Part shown: positions 20,823-30,930 of the stretch, one piece after another | How the letters are laid out: each line of letters begins with the position of its first letter | How positions within the stretch are numbered: position 1 is the stretch's first letter | Source: an archaeon | Lineage (GTDB): Archaea > Nanobdellota > Nanobdellia > Pacearchaeales > GW2011-AR1 | NCBI GenBank assembly: GCA_043797265.1 | Contig: JAZDPV010000012.1 | Location: 58,016-122,015 of the forward strand | Length of the DNA: 64,000 bases | Direction of reading: 5' to 3' | The notes under the pieces: generated by a model | What the model saw: only the letters and a program-made list of their open reading frames with translations | Told to the model about the DNA's origin: nothing | The model's database searches: none | Program-made: the position numbers and the translations under genes

Positions 20823-21022
20823 CATCTAGCGCCGCACTCACTACAAAACTTCACACCCGACTCAATCGGCCAACCACACTCGCACCTCCGAACCTTCTCG
20901 ACCTTCGCCTCCTCGACAATTTCATAATCACTCCTCCCCGACAAAACCTTCCCAAGAATTTTCCTTATCTTATTTCTGTCCTCGCCTTCTTCCTGATACT
21001 TCGTCAAATCAAACCCATCCAT
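20819..21022 (-). CDS. small zinc-ribbon protein
   Basis: CECG...KFCSECG. Confidence 0.75.
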   Translation of the reverse strand: MDGFDLTKYQEEGEDRNKIRKILGKVLSGRSDYEIVEEAKVEKVRRCECGWPIESGVKFCSECGARC

Positions 21023-21073
21023 GAAATATTTTATTACCGATAATTTTTAAAGTTATCCAAACATAAAATACAA

Positions 21074-21146
21074 GCCTCCGTAGCTCAGTTGACAGAGCAT
21101 TTGCTTCGTAAGCAAAGGGTCACGGGTTTGAATCCCGTCGGAGGCT
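21074..21146 (+). tRNA. tRNA-Thr(CGT)
   Basis: Acceptor GCCTCCG/CGGAGGC; anticodon arm TTTGC-TT-CGT-AA-GCAAA; T-loop TTTGAAT. Confidence 0.93.
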
Positions 21147-21257
21147 TAGATTCAAACCTGTGACGTCACGGGTGAGCAATTCGCTTCGAGCGAAAACTAT
21201 TCAAAAAATTATTTTCGCGAAATGCAAATTGCGAATAAAAGAATCCCGTCGGAGGCT
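21147..21257 (+). mobile_element. tRNA-associated unit: inverted T-arm + hairpin core + duplicated tRNA 3' end
   Basis: gattcaaacctgtgac (antisense T-arm) | gtcacgggt | 67-nt core | gaatcccgtcggaggct. Confidence 0.75.
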
Positions 21258-21264
21258 TAATGTC

Positions 21265-21367
21265 AAATTTAATTTTTAGCAGGTTCAGGCAAGGCGCGAG
21301 GTTGCGTGGCGTATACTAATACGCGAGCGGAATCGCAACGAAGCATCAACCGCTAAAAATTAAATTT
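21265..21367. repeat. MITE-like element with 16-bp perfect terminal inverted repeats
   Basis: aaatttaatttttagc ... gctaaaaattaaattt, with nested internal stems; right TIR overlaps the copA stop. Confidence 0.65.
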
Positions 21368-23510
21368 TAACTCGTCGAAGCAAATTCGCATTCGTAACAA
21401 CCGTTATCGACGACAAGGCCATCGCCAACTCCGCAACAACCGGATTCAAAACCCCAGCCACCGCCAACGGTATCGCAACCACATTATAAAAAAACGCCCA
21501 AAACAAATTCTGTTTAATCTTCCCAAAAGTCGCATTCGACAAATTAATCGCCTCAACAACTCCCGTCAAATTCCCCTTCGCCAAAACAATATCCCCAGAT
21601 TCAATCGCAATATCCGTCCCCGTCCCAATCGCAATCCCAACATTCGCCTGCTTCAAAGCCGGAGCATCATTTATCCCATCACCAACAAAAGCAACCATCC
21701 CTCGCCTCTGCAATTCCTCAACCTTCTTCGCTTTATCCTCAGGCATAACTCCAGCAATCACCTCACTAATCCCAACCTGCCGAGCAATCGCCCGAGCAGT
21801 AATCTCATTATCCCCAGTAATCATAACAGTCCTAAACCCTCCATCATTCAACCGAGCAATCGCCTCCCGAGAATCCTCCTTAATCGCATCAGCAACACCA
21901 ATCACTCCCAACACTTTTTTAGTTTCAACAACAACCATCACACTCTCACCATTCTCAGCAAAACCCTTAACAACCTTAGCATAACTCCCAAGCACAATCT
22001 TCCTATCCTTCATCAAAGCCTCATTCCCAACAATATACTTCTTCCCCCCAATGGTCCCCTCAAGCCCCTTCCCCCGAATAATCTTAAACTTACTTACAGC
22101 CCGATACTTCTTAAGCCCCGCCCGTTTAACAATCGCCTTAGCCAATGGATGCTCCGATAACTTCTCCAAACTCCCAGCAATCTCAAACAACTTCTTTTCA
22201 TCCTTCGCAAAAACCTCAACAACCTCCGGCTCGCCCTTAGTAATCGTCCCAGTCTTATCAAAAACAACAATCTTAACTTCCTTCATCGTCTGAATCGCCT
22301 CGCCCTTCCTAATCAAAATCCCCCGCTTAGCTCCCATCCCAGAACCAACCATCAAAGAAATCGGAACAGCCAGGCCCAAAGAACACGGACACGCAATAAC
22401 CAGAACCGCAATCCCAACCCCAATCGCCCGACCAATCTCAGCACCGACGACAAAATACCAAGTCAAAAAAGTAAACAAACTAAGCACCAAAATAATCGGA
22501 ACAAAAATCCCCGTCACACTATCCGCCAACTTCTGAATCGGAACCTTCGTCCCTTGCGCCTCCTCAACCAACTTAATAATATGCGCCAAGAAAGTATCCT
22601 TCCCAACCTTCGAAGCTTTCACATGCAAAATTCCATCCTGATTCAAAGTAGCTCCAATAACCAAATCTTCAACTCCTTTCTCGACAGGCAAACTCTCCCC
22701 GCTAATCATCGACTCATCAACAGCACTCGCACCCTTAACAACAACCCCATCCGTCGGAATCTTCTCACCAGGCTTAATAATCATAACGTCCCCAATCTTA
22801 ACTTCAGCAATATCAATCTCAATCTCTTTACCTCCTCGCAAAACCCTCGCCTTCTTCGCACCAAGCTCCAACAACTTCTTAATCTCCGACGTCGCTCGCC
22901 CCTTAGCCTTCGCCTCGATAAACTTCCCCGTAATAAAAATTGTCATAATCATTCCAGACACACCAGCAAAACTCGTCACATCAATCCAAAAACTAAGAAT
23001 CCCTGTCAAATAAGCAACAACCGTCCCAAGACCAATCAAAGAATCCATCGTAAATTGCAACTTCCAAAAACTCCTTGCTCCAGACTTTATCGTATGAAAA
23101 CCAAAAATAAAAATAATTGGAAAACTCAAAATTAACATCCAAGGTGTCATCCATTTCATCGGAACAAGAGCAACGCCAAACAAAGGTTCAAAATACATAA
23201 TCGCTATAATAAAAATAGTCAAAAACCAAGTCCCAACCAACTTAACCTTCCAACTAGAAAGCTCATCCTTCTTAGAATCCAAAACCCCAGAATCCCGAAT
23301 ACCGGAATTCCGAAGCTTAAACCCCGCATCCTTCACAGCCTTTCCAATCTGCTCAGCAGAAACACCGTCGCCAACTTCAGCAAAAGCCTTCCCACTAACC
23401 GGATTAACACTAACATTCCGAGCACCAATTTTCTCAAGCTCCGCCGTCATTATCTTCGAACACGAAGCACAATGCATTCCTTCAATGTCTAACTTTATTT
23501 TTTTTGCCAT
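21360..23510 (-). CDS. copA: P1B-type Cu(+)-exporting ATPase
   Basis: GMHCASC HMA domain, [29 protein letters not shown]. Confidence 0.95.
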   Translation of the reverse strand: MAKKIKLDIEGMHCASCSKIMTAELEKIGARNVSVNPVSGKAFAEVGDGVSAEQIGKAVKDAGFKLRNSGIRDSGVLDSKKDELSSWKVKLVGTWFLTIFIIAIMYFEPLFGVALVPMKWMTPWMLILSFPIIFIFGFHTIKSGARSFWKLQFTMDSLIGLGTVVAYLTGILSFWIDVTSFAGVSGMIMTIFITGKFIEAKAKGRATSEIKKLLELGAKKARVLRGGKEIEIDIAEVKIGDVMIIKPGEKIPTDGVVVKGASAVDESMISGESLPVEKGVEDLVIGATLNQDGILHVKASKVGKDTFLAHIIKLVEEAQGTKVPIQKLADSVTGIFVPIILVLSLFTFLTWYFVVGAEIGRAIGVGIAVLVIACPCSLGLAVPISLMVGSGMGAKRGILIRKGEAIQTMKEVKIVVFDKTGTITKGEPEVVEVFAKDEKKLFEIAGSLEKLSEHPLAKAIVKRAGLKKYRAVSKFKIIRGKGLEGTIGGKKYIVGNEALMKDRKIVLGSYAKVVKGFAENGESVMVVVETKKVLGVIGVADAIKEDSREAIARLNDGGFRTVMITGDNEITARAIARQVGISEVIAGVMPEDKAKKVEELQRRGMVAFVGDGINDAPALKQANVGIAIGTGTDIAIESGDIVLAKGNLTGVVEAINLSNATFGKIKQNLFWAFFYNVVAIPLAVAGVLNPVVAELAMALSSITVVTNANLLRRVKI

Positions 23511-23566
23511 TTATTTTTCCTCCAATTTATTTATGGTACTCTTCGAGCTTTTTATTTTTCTCCAAT

Positions 23567-23773
23567 TTATTTTTTTTGTATTTGTTTAATTAACAAAACT
23601 ATAATCAATACCAAGATAACCACAACTAACAAACCAATTATCCAACCATAGAACATCCCGCCAAAGCCATAATTACCAGACATCATCCCATACATACCAT
23701 AATCATCGGCATCAGCCGAAACCAAAGTAAATAAGGAAACCAATACAAAAAAGCTAGACATTATTTTTTTCAT
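23567..23773 (-). CDS. small membrane protein with Gly/Met-rich motif
   Basis: Signal peptide, GMYGMMSG, TM helix. Confidence 0.7.
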   Translation of the reverse strand: MKKIMSSFFVLVSLFTLVSADADDYGMYGMMSGNYGFGGMFYGWIIGLLVVVILVLIIVLLIKQIQKK

Positions 23774-23849
23774 CTTATTTTTCTCCAGATTTAGTTAGTT
23801 AATTATAGTGAACAAAAGATATATATCTTCCGCCCCCTAAAATCGATAC

Positions 23850-24011
23850 CTATCTCACCACCCTCCTATTAATAGTATTAAATTTTCTCATACAAAGTCT
23901 ACAACAAAACTCCTCGAGATTATCCGTTAGCATCCCACACATCCGACACCCTCCACCAACTCCAGAAAAAACTTCCTTCTTACAAACCGGACAACTCATA
24001 ACATCTCCCAT
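23850..24011 (-). CDS. small Cys-rich metal-binding protein
   Basis: CPVC...CRMC...FCCRLC. Confidence 0.65.
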   Translation of the reverse strand: MGDVMSCPVCKKEVFSGVGGGCRMCGMLTDNLEEFCCRLCMRKFNTINRRVVR

Positions 24012-24012
24012 T

Positions 24013-25452
24013 TTATCCTCCACACCCACAGCCACCAGCGCCACAAGTTCCACCAGCGTCGGAAATAACCTCGGCCTCTTTAATCTGACTCGCCGAAGCA
24101 ACTCCATCATCAGTCACAATAAACGTCCCCGGAATCATTCCCATCCAACAACTCCATCGAACCGTCCCAACCTTATCCGGCACAAACTCCACAACATTCA
24201 TCCCCTTCTTCAACTTAGCATCCAAACCATAGTCCCGAACAATTATCTCATTATTACAACCCGTCAATTCCTTAACATCAATCTCCCACCGAACCGGCAC
24301 GCCCTTCTTCAAACTAAAACTATCCGGCGTCCAACCATATCTCGTAACTTCCATTTTAATTACCTGAACATCTCCATCATAAACAACTCCAGATAAACTA
24401 GCAATAGAATTACCACTAGCTCCCATAACGCTAGCAGTAATCGCCTCAAATGAGTAATCACTCCCCAAAACAACCAACCCTCTATTCAGCATAACCAAAC
24501 CAAGAATCAAAACAAGAACCGCCGCAATTTTCAAAATTTTCTTCGTCGCATTTTTGCTAATCACCGACGTCAAACTGCCAAATCCAATCAGTACAGGCAA
24601 CGTCCCAAGACTAAAAGCTCCCAAAGAAAAAAACCCAGTCCAAAAACTCCCAGTCCCAGCCGCATACAAATACAAAGCCTGCAACGGACCACAAGCAATA
24701 AACAAACCACCAAGTATACCTGTCATAAACGGCGCCTTGTAATAACCCTTCGAATCATGCGTCGTCTTTGCTGCCCACCTCGTCAAAAATTTCGGATTAA
24801 AAGAAAATCTCCTAAAAAAACCAACGCCTAACATACTCAACGCATAAAATATCATGAACACCCCAGCAAAAATCGCAATCCCCGCACGAAGCCCAACACT
24901 AAAAGAAAACACCCCACCAATCAAACCAAAAATCCCGCCAATCACAGCATAAGAAATTGTCTTTGCTCCACCATAAACAAAATGCTGTTTGAATCCTTTA
25001 TGCCCACGACTCGCATTACTAGTAGTATACCCGACGACAAACGCCCCACACATCGAAACGCAATGAAACCCTGTCAATAACCCAACAAAAAATAATATAA
25101 TAATCCCAGAACTCTCGCCCACCGCCGGAATCGAAAAACCCGAAGACGAAACCCATCCATAAACAAAATAAGCAAAAACCAATAGAACCCCAATCATAAA
25201 CCAAAACCCAATCCTGTCTCCAGTATTCCCACTCTTACTCTCTTCCTTTAATCCACCAACCCCAAACTCACCACCCTCCTCAATTAATTTAACAATCTCT
25301 TTCTCAGAAATTTTATCCTCATCAAACTCAACCTCAACCTCTCCCATAGAAAAACTAGCATCAACTTTTATAACCCGCCCCTTCAATTTCATCTCAATAA
25401 GATTTGCACATGAATTGCAAGTCATCCCATCAACTCTAAAAACTTTTTTCAT
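24013..25452 (-). CDS. HMA + DsbD/TauE-like membrane domain + cupredoxin-like protein
   Basis: GMTCNSC; HCVSMCG; ACGPLQ; GCNN...SCWMGM. Confidence 0.88.
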   Translation of the reverse strand: MKKVFRVDGMTCNSCANLIEMKLKGRVIKVDASFSMGEVEVEFDEDKISEKEIVKLIEEGGEFGVGGLKEESKSGNTGDRIGFWFMIGVLLVFAYFVYGWVSSSGFSIPAVGESSGIIILFFVGLLTGFHCVSMCGAFVVGYTTSNASRGHKGFKQHFVYGGAKTISYAVIGGIFGLIGGVFSFSVGLRAGIAIFAGVFMIFYALSMLGVGFFRRFSFNPKFLTRWAAKTTHDSKGYYKAPFMTGILGGLFIACGPLQALYLYAAGTGSFWTGFFSLGAFSLGTLPVLIGFGSLTSVISKNATKKILKIAAVLVLILGLVMLNRGLVVLGSDYSFEAITASVMGASGNSIASLSGVVYDGDVQVIKMEVTRYGWTPDSFSLKKGVPVRWEIDVKELTGCNNEIIVRDYGLDAKLKKGMNVVEFVPDKVGTVRWSCWMGMIPGTFIVTDDGVASASQIKEAEVISDAGGTCGAGGCGCGG

Positions 25453-25504
25453 AAAGATTTCAAAATAACTTTTTATTTAACCGCTTCGCTGAAACTAGTT
25501 TCAA

Positions 25505-25984
25505 TCACTTCACTAAAACAATAATATTATTCATCCCTCGACGCTTCCTCTCAACAATTCCCTTCGACTCCAACCTATCCATCATCCTCGTAATCTTAAC
25601 CTTCCCAACGCCCAACTCTTCCATTAAACTCTTTTGAAAAACCGCGCCATTCTCCCTCTCTAAAATCCCAACAACCTCTCGCTCACTCTTATCTAACCCA
25701 GACAAATCAATCTTTTTCTTCCGAACCCTCTCTTTGATTTTCTTTACGATAATCTTCTCATTCTCCCTCGCAAAAATAAAAAACAATCCTATCAGCAAAA
25801 CCAAGCCCGCGACCGCCAAACTCAAATTCGTCTGCAATGAAATCGTATCATACATTTCACAATCACTCCCATGATTACAGGTCTGCCCAACAATCTTATT
25901 CAACCCAGAATTGAACAACAAGATTATAACAACTATCAAAACCGCAACTCCTACAATCAAGAATCCAACATTTCTATTTTTCAT
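25505..25984 (-). CDS. membrane-anchored winged-HTH (MarR-like) regulator
   Basis: Two TM helices with C..H...C loop; QKSL...KVKITR..DRLE.KG.VER.RRG. Confidence 0.8.
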   Translation of the reverse strand: MKNRNVGFLIVGVAVLIVVIILLFNSGLNKIVGQTCNHGSDCEMYDTISLQTNLSLAVAGLVLLIGLFFIFARENEKIIVKKIKERVRKKKIDLSGLDKSEREVVGILERENGAVFQKSLMEELGVGKVKITRMMDRLESKGIVERKRRGMNNIIVLVK

Positions 25985-26046
25985 AAATCTATAACCGTTC
26001 CCTTCTATATAAAACTTTATAAGTAATTCCAAATTTACAAATACAC

Positions 26047-26130
26047 GTGGGGGTGCCGGAGTGGCCAAACGGGCAGGACTTAAGATCCTGTGGCTTATGC
26101 CTTTCGGGGGTTCGAATCCTCCCCCCCACA
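26047..26130 (+). tRNA. tRNA-Leu(TAA)
   Basis: Acceptor GTGGGGG/CCCCCAC; CAGGA-CT-TAA-GA-TCCTG; long variable arm; GTTCGAATC. Confidence 0.94.
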
Positions 26131-26131
26131 T

Positions 26132-26382
26132 ATGATTTGGCAAGATATTATCCTAACATTAGCAAACCTCATCTTTGGCTACGCCCTCATCCCTCAAGTA
26201 TACCACGGCTTCAAGTACAAAAAACCACGATAACCATCCAGACATCGCTCCTCACAACAATCGGGCTTTTCGCATCTTCCGTCGCATTCCTCTCTTTCGA
26301 TTTAATTTTCTCCGGAATTATCTGCACATTCAACGCGACAATGTGGGCACTCCTCCTAATCCAAAAACTTATCTATCATTAA
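26132..26382 (+). CDS. PQ-loop (SemiSWEET-like) membrane protein, apparent frameshift at A6 run 26219-26224
   Basis: MIWQDIILTLANLIFGYALIPQVYHGFKYKK continues as TTITIQTSLLTTIG... if one A is added. Confidence 0.65.
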
Positions 26383-26421
26383 TCCCAAACTTTAAAAGCC
26401 GGATTCTTCTAACGAAAACAT

Positions 26422-26497
26422 AGCGGGGTAGAGCAGCCTGGTCAGCTCGCGAGGCCCATAACCTCGAGGTCACGTGGTTCAAATCCCGTCCCCGCTA
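26422..26497 (+). tRNA. initiator-type tRNA-Met(CAT)
   Basis: A1-U72 acceptor AGCGGGG/CCCCGCT; D-stem GAGC/GCTC; CGAGG-CC-CAT-AA-CCTCG. Confidence 0.88.
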
Positions 26498-26711
26498 TTG
26501 ATTTGAAACACGTGACTCACGTGGCGAGTCGATTCGCTTTGAGCAAAACTAAATCTTAAAAATTTTGCGAAATGCAAATCGCGAGTAAAATCCCGTCCCC
26601 GCTATTGATTTGAAACACGTGACTCACGTGGCGAGTCGATTCGCTTTGAGCAAAACTAAATCTTAAAAATTTTGCGAAATGCAAATCGCGAGTAAAATCC
26701 CGTCCCCGCTA
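26498..26711 (+). mobile_element. two identical 107-bp tRNA-associated units (inverted T-arm + hairpin core + tRNA 3' end)
   Basis: Units 26498-26604 and 26605-26711 each end in aatcccgtccccgcta; core homologous to 21174-21240. Confidence 0.8.
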
Positions 26712-26742
26712 TTCTTATAAACTCCCTCAATTTATTTCTACA

Positions 26743-27396
26743 ATGACACTCCTCCTCGGAATCGACGACGCCGGTCGCGGCCCCGTTCTCGGCCCAATGA
26801 TTTTAGCCGGTATACTGATAAAACCCGAAGACGAAAAAATAATAAAATCGTGGGGCGCAAAAGACTCGAAACTCCTCACGCCAACAATAAGAAACAAAAT
26901 AAAAAACCAACTAATCGAAAAATTCCAATACCACACCGAGCTCTCAACCCCAACCGAAATCGACAACTCAACAAATCTAAACTACCTCGAAGCAATCAAG
27001 TCCGCAAAAATAATAAACACGCTAACCAAAAACCTAAACGAAAAAGTAAAAATAATAATCGACTGCCCCTCGACAAACATAAAATCATGGACAACTGACG
27101 TTCAAAAATTAATCGACAATCCTAAACTAATCCACCTAATCTGCGAACACAAAGCCGACCTAAACCATCCAGTTGTCTCCGCAGCGTCGATAATCGCAAA
27201 AGAAAAACGCGAAGACGAAATCCAAAAACTAAAACTCCAACTAAAAACCGACTTCGGCTCAGGCTACCCCGCCGACCCCAAAACAAAAAAATTCATCGCC
27301 GAAAATTTCAACAACCCAAAATACAAAAACCTAATTCGATTCTCATGGAAAACCGTCAAAAAACTCACACAAGAAAAACAACAAAAACTATTCTAA
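26743..27396 (+). CDS. rnhB: ribonuclease HII
   Basis: GIDDAGRGPVLGPM, KDSKLL, EHKAD, VSAASIIAK, GSGYP.DP. Confidence 0.96.
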   Translation: MTLLLGIDDAGRGPVLGPMILAGILIKPEDEKIIKSWGAKDSKLLTPTIRNKIKNQLIEKFQYHTELSTPTEIDNSTNLNYLEAIKSAKIINTLTKNLNEKVKIIIDCPSTNIKSWTTDVQKLIDNPKLIHLICEHKADLNHPVVSAASIIAKEKREDEIQKLKLQLKTDFGSGYPADPKTKKFIAENFNNPKYKNLIRFSWKTVKKLTQEKQQKLF

Positions 27397-27927
27397 CTAC
27401 AACCCCTGCCCGCCCTCATGCTTAGAACCAATCTTCTTCATCAAAAAATCCCTAATTTTCTCAGCCTTCTCAATCGACACAGCAGGAATAGACCCCTCTG
27501 CCCCAGCCCCTCGCCCTCTCGAGCTATACGAAAACCCAGCCGTCTGAATTGCAACCGTCGAAAACCCACACATCCTCGCTATAACCCCTCGATGGATATC
27601 AACATTCTGTACTCTCTCATAAGGAACATTCGAATACTTCTTCCAAATTATCCCCCTCTCTATCTTTAAGTTCGTCGAAGTAAACTCATAAAACCACCTA
27701 TCATAAGCCATCCTCGCATAAATTTCCGCAAAAATAATTATCAAAATAACATAAACGACAAAACCAATAAGAACAACCGACAAGACCGCATCAGAACCAA
27801 ACATCAACACACCGAGAAATCCAATAATCGGAAACAAAATCCAGCCCAAAAACATCATCAAAAAAAACGCTCCAAAATACCCACCAATTCTAAACAACCA
27901 CTTCGCTCCAGGATGCAACTTTTCCAT
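27397..27927 (-). CDS. membrane protein with bacterial PH (bPH_2) domain
   Basis: Two TM helices; ERGII.K....VPYERVQNVDI..G...R..G...V.IQTAG. Confidence 0.85.
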   Translation of the reverse strand: MEKLHPGAKWLFRIGGYFGAFFLMMFLGWILFPIIGFLGVLMFGSDAVLSVVLIGFVVYVILIIIFAEIYARMAYDRWFYEFTSTNLKIERGIIWKKYSNVPYERVQNVDIHRGVIARMCGFSTVAIQTAGFSYSSRGRGAGAEGSIPAVSIEKAEKIRDFLMKKIGSKHEGGQGL

Positions 27928-28026
27928 AAAACTAAATAACTTTCAAACTTAAAAACCTTTCTAACCCCAACAATCTTAAAAACCCCTCTCCCTAAAACCT
28001 AATACCTAAAACCTAATACCTAGATA

Positions 28027-30891
28027 ATGACCTACATAAAAAAGATAGTGATGCACGGATTTAAATCCTTCGCGCGAAAAACCGAAATCCCATTCGAGAA
28101 CGCAATGAACGTCATCGTCGGACCAAACGGCTCCGGAAAATCCAACATCACCGACGCACTCTGCTTCGTCCTCGGTCGACTCTCAATCAAATCAATCCGA
28201 GCAACAAAAGCCGCAAACCTGCTCTTCTCCGGAAACAAAATATACAAAGGCTCGAACGAAGCAATAGTAGAACTCATCTTCGACAACTCCGACAAAACAT
28301 TCGGCATCGACACGAACGAAATCACAATCAAAAGAATCGTCCGAAAAGCCGGCCAATCAATTTACAAAATAAACAACGAAACAAAAACCCGTCAAGAAAT
28401 TCTTGAACTAATGGCACAAGCCGGCGTCGACCCAAACGGTTTCAACATCGTTCTCCAGGGCGAAATCCAATCCCTCGTAAAATCAACACCAGAAGACCGA
28501 CGAAAAATAATCGAGGAAGTCGCCGGCATTTCAATCTACGAAACCCGAAAACAAAAATCCCTGAGAGAACTCGAAAAAACCGAAGAAAAACTAAAAGAAG
28601 TCTCCGCCGTCCTAAAAGAACGAAGCTCCTACCTGAAAAATCTCGACAAAGAAAGACAAGAAGCAATCTCGCACCAAAAACTCGAAACAACAATAAAAAA
28701 ATGCAAAGCAACCCTCCTCTCAAAAATAGAAAAAGAAAAAGAAAAAGAAATCTCGATAATCAACAAAACAATCGTAGACTACGACATAGAAATAGAAAAA
28801 CTCAAAAAAATAATCAACGAAAAAAACATTCAAATTAACAAACTCCAAGACAAAATCCTCATCATCAACAAGCAAATCCAATCCTCGACGAGCAACGAAC
28901 AAGAAGTTCTCCATCGGGAAATCTCCGACATAAAAGCCAACCTCGCAGGACTCGGCGTCAGATACGAAAATTTCAACAATAGAACCACGCAAGGAAAAGA
29001 AAAAATAGAAAACTTCAAAAACAAAATAGAAAACTTAAACCTTGAAATTTCAAAAATCAGAACATCCTCGCCAGAAATAAAAAAACAGCAAGAACAAAAT
29101 AAAATTCTACAAGAAAGACTAGATAAGCTCGAGCAAGAAAGAAGAAAATTCTATGTCCTAAAATCCGACTTATCGACGACAGAAAACCAAAAACAACAAA
29201 AAGAAAAACTCCTAATCGAATCCTCTAAAGAAATCCAACTAATCGAGCAAACAATCACCTCCCTTTTCTACGAAATAAAATACTCAAAATCTATCGAGGA
29301 AAACGAAAAACTCAAAACCGAAACCAGAAATAAAATAGAAACAACAATGGAACAAATATTAAAATTAGAAAAAGAAATCCTCGAGAAAGAAAAAAGAAAC
29401 GCAATTCTAGAAACAACAATCCAAAGAGAAGAAAAACTAAAAGCCGACATCGTCCAACTAAAATTCTGCCCAATTTGCAAACAAAACGTCAGCGAAGACC
29501 ACAAGCACAACATTTCATCGACGGCAAACGCAAAAATAGATTCAACAAAAAAAGAAATCGAAGAAAACCTTCGGACAAAAATCGAAGGCAACACAAGGGC
29601 AACCGACCTCAAGGAAAAATTATCGACGCTGAGAATCAAGTTAAATGAATTAGACATAGACCAGCTAAAACTAAAAAACTCCCAAGAGAAAAAAGAACAA
29701 ATAAAAAAAATCACGAAAAACCAAGAAGAAGCAAAAAAAGAACTGGTATACCTAAACGAAAAATTTCATTCGATAAAAACGGAATATGAAAAACTAAAAA
29801 ATATAGAAGAGAAATACGACGAAACAAAACTAAGCATCCAAGAAATCTCATTCATCGACATGGACATCGACACAGAAATAATAATCAAGAAAAAAGAAGT
29901 AAACCGACTCTCGATGGAACTCAAATCAACAGAAAGAGATATCGAAGAATCTGAAATCGAAGTGAAAAAAATAGAAATTGTAATAAAAGAAAAAGAAAAA
30001 GAAGCGGTAAAAAAAGAAATCGAAGAACAAAAATTATATGAAAAAGCGCAAAAATTCTTCGACGAAAGAAATGAAACTCAAGACCAGCAAAAAGCAATCG
30101 AAACCGACGTCATCGGAGCACAGCACACGATTAAAAATTTCGAAGACAGAATAAACCAAAATAAAATACAAAGAGCGCAACTCTCGGCACAAATAGATTC
30201 AATAAAAATAGAACTCGCAGAATTCGGACAAATAGAAATCCTCCAGCTACCAACCGACCAAATAAAAGAACGACTTCAAAAAGCCCAATTCCAAATATCA
30301 AGACTCGGCAACGTAAACATGCGAGCACTCGAAGTTTTCGACACCGTCGAAGAACAGGTAAAATTAATCCAGGACAAAATCACAACAATCCAATCAGAAG
30401 AAGAAAAAATCAAAACCATCATCGCCGAAATCGACAAAAAGAAAAAGAAATCTTTCCTAACAACATTAACCGCCATCAACGAATTTTTCACAAGAAACTT
30501 CACGCAACTCTCGCACAAAGGACAGGTTTTCCTCTAACTCTAAAATAAAAACGCCCCATTCGAAGGCGGACTAAACATCTTAATAAAAGTCTCGCGAGGA
30601 AAATATTTCGACATCGCATCTCTTTCCGGCGGCGAAAAAACCCTAGTCGCCCTCTCGCTAATCTTCGCAATCCAAGAATACCGCCCATACTGCTTCTACG
30701 TTTTCGACGAAATCGACGCCGCCCTCGACAAACACAATTCAGAATTATTAGCCGCCCTCATAAAAAAATATATGACATCCGGCCAATACATAATCATCAC
30801 CCACAACGACACGCTAATCTCCGAGGCCTCAAACCTCTATGGCGTCTCCATGCAAGAAAATATTTCAAAAATAATTTCTCTAAAAGTATAA
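28027..30891 (+). CDS. smc: SMC-family ATPase with central CxxC; two in-frame TAA at 30535 and 30541
   Basis: GFKSF, GPNGSGKSN, LQGEI, coiled coils, CPIC; after the TAAs the same frame gives PFEGG, LSGGEK, FDEIDAALD, ITHN. Confidence 0.9.
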
Positions 30892-30930
30892 GAAAAAAAT
30901 CCTCAAAAAAACAAAAGAGGAAAATTAAAA

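Noticed and set aside
25985-26143. N-terminal extension of the wHTH regulator
   Set aside because: It is the antisense of tRNA-Leu; the real start is likely 25984
26498-26711. CRISPR array interpretation of the tandem units, and of the 43177-43255 array
   Set aside because: Units are identical or alternate between two hairpins, there are no unique spacers, lengths do not fit, and there are no cas genes
30535-30543. Genome-wide TAA-to-Glu recoding
   Set aside because: TAA terminates many conserved genes at the expected position (ileS, argS, EF-1a, rps7, rps12)
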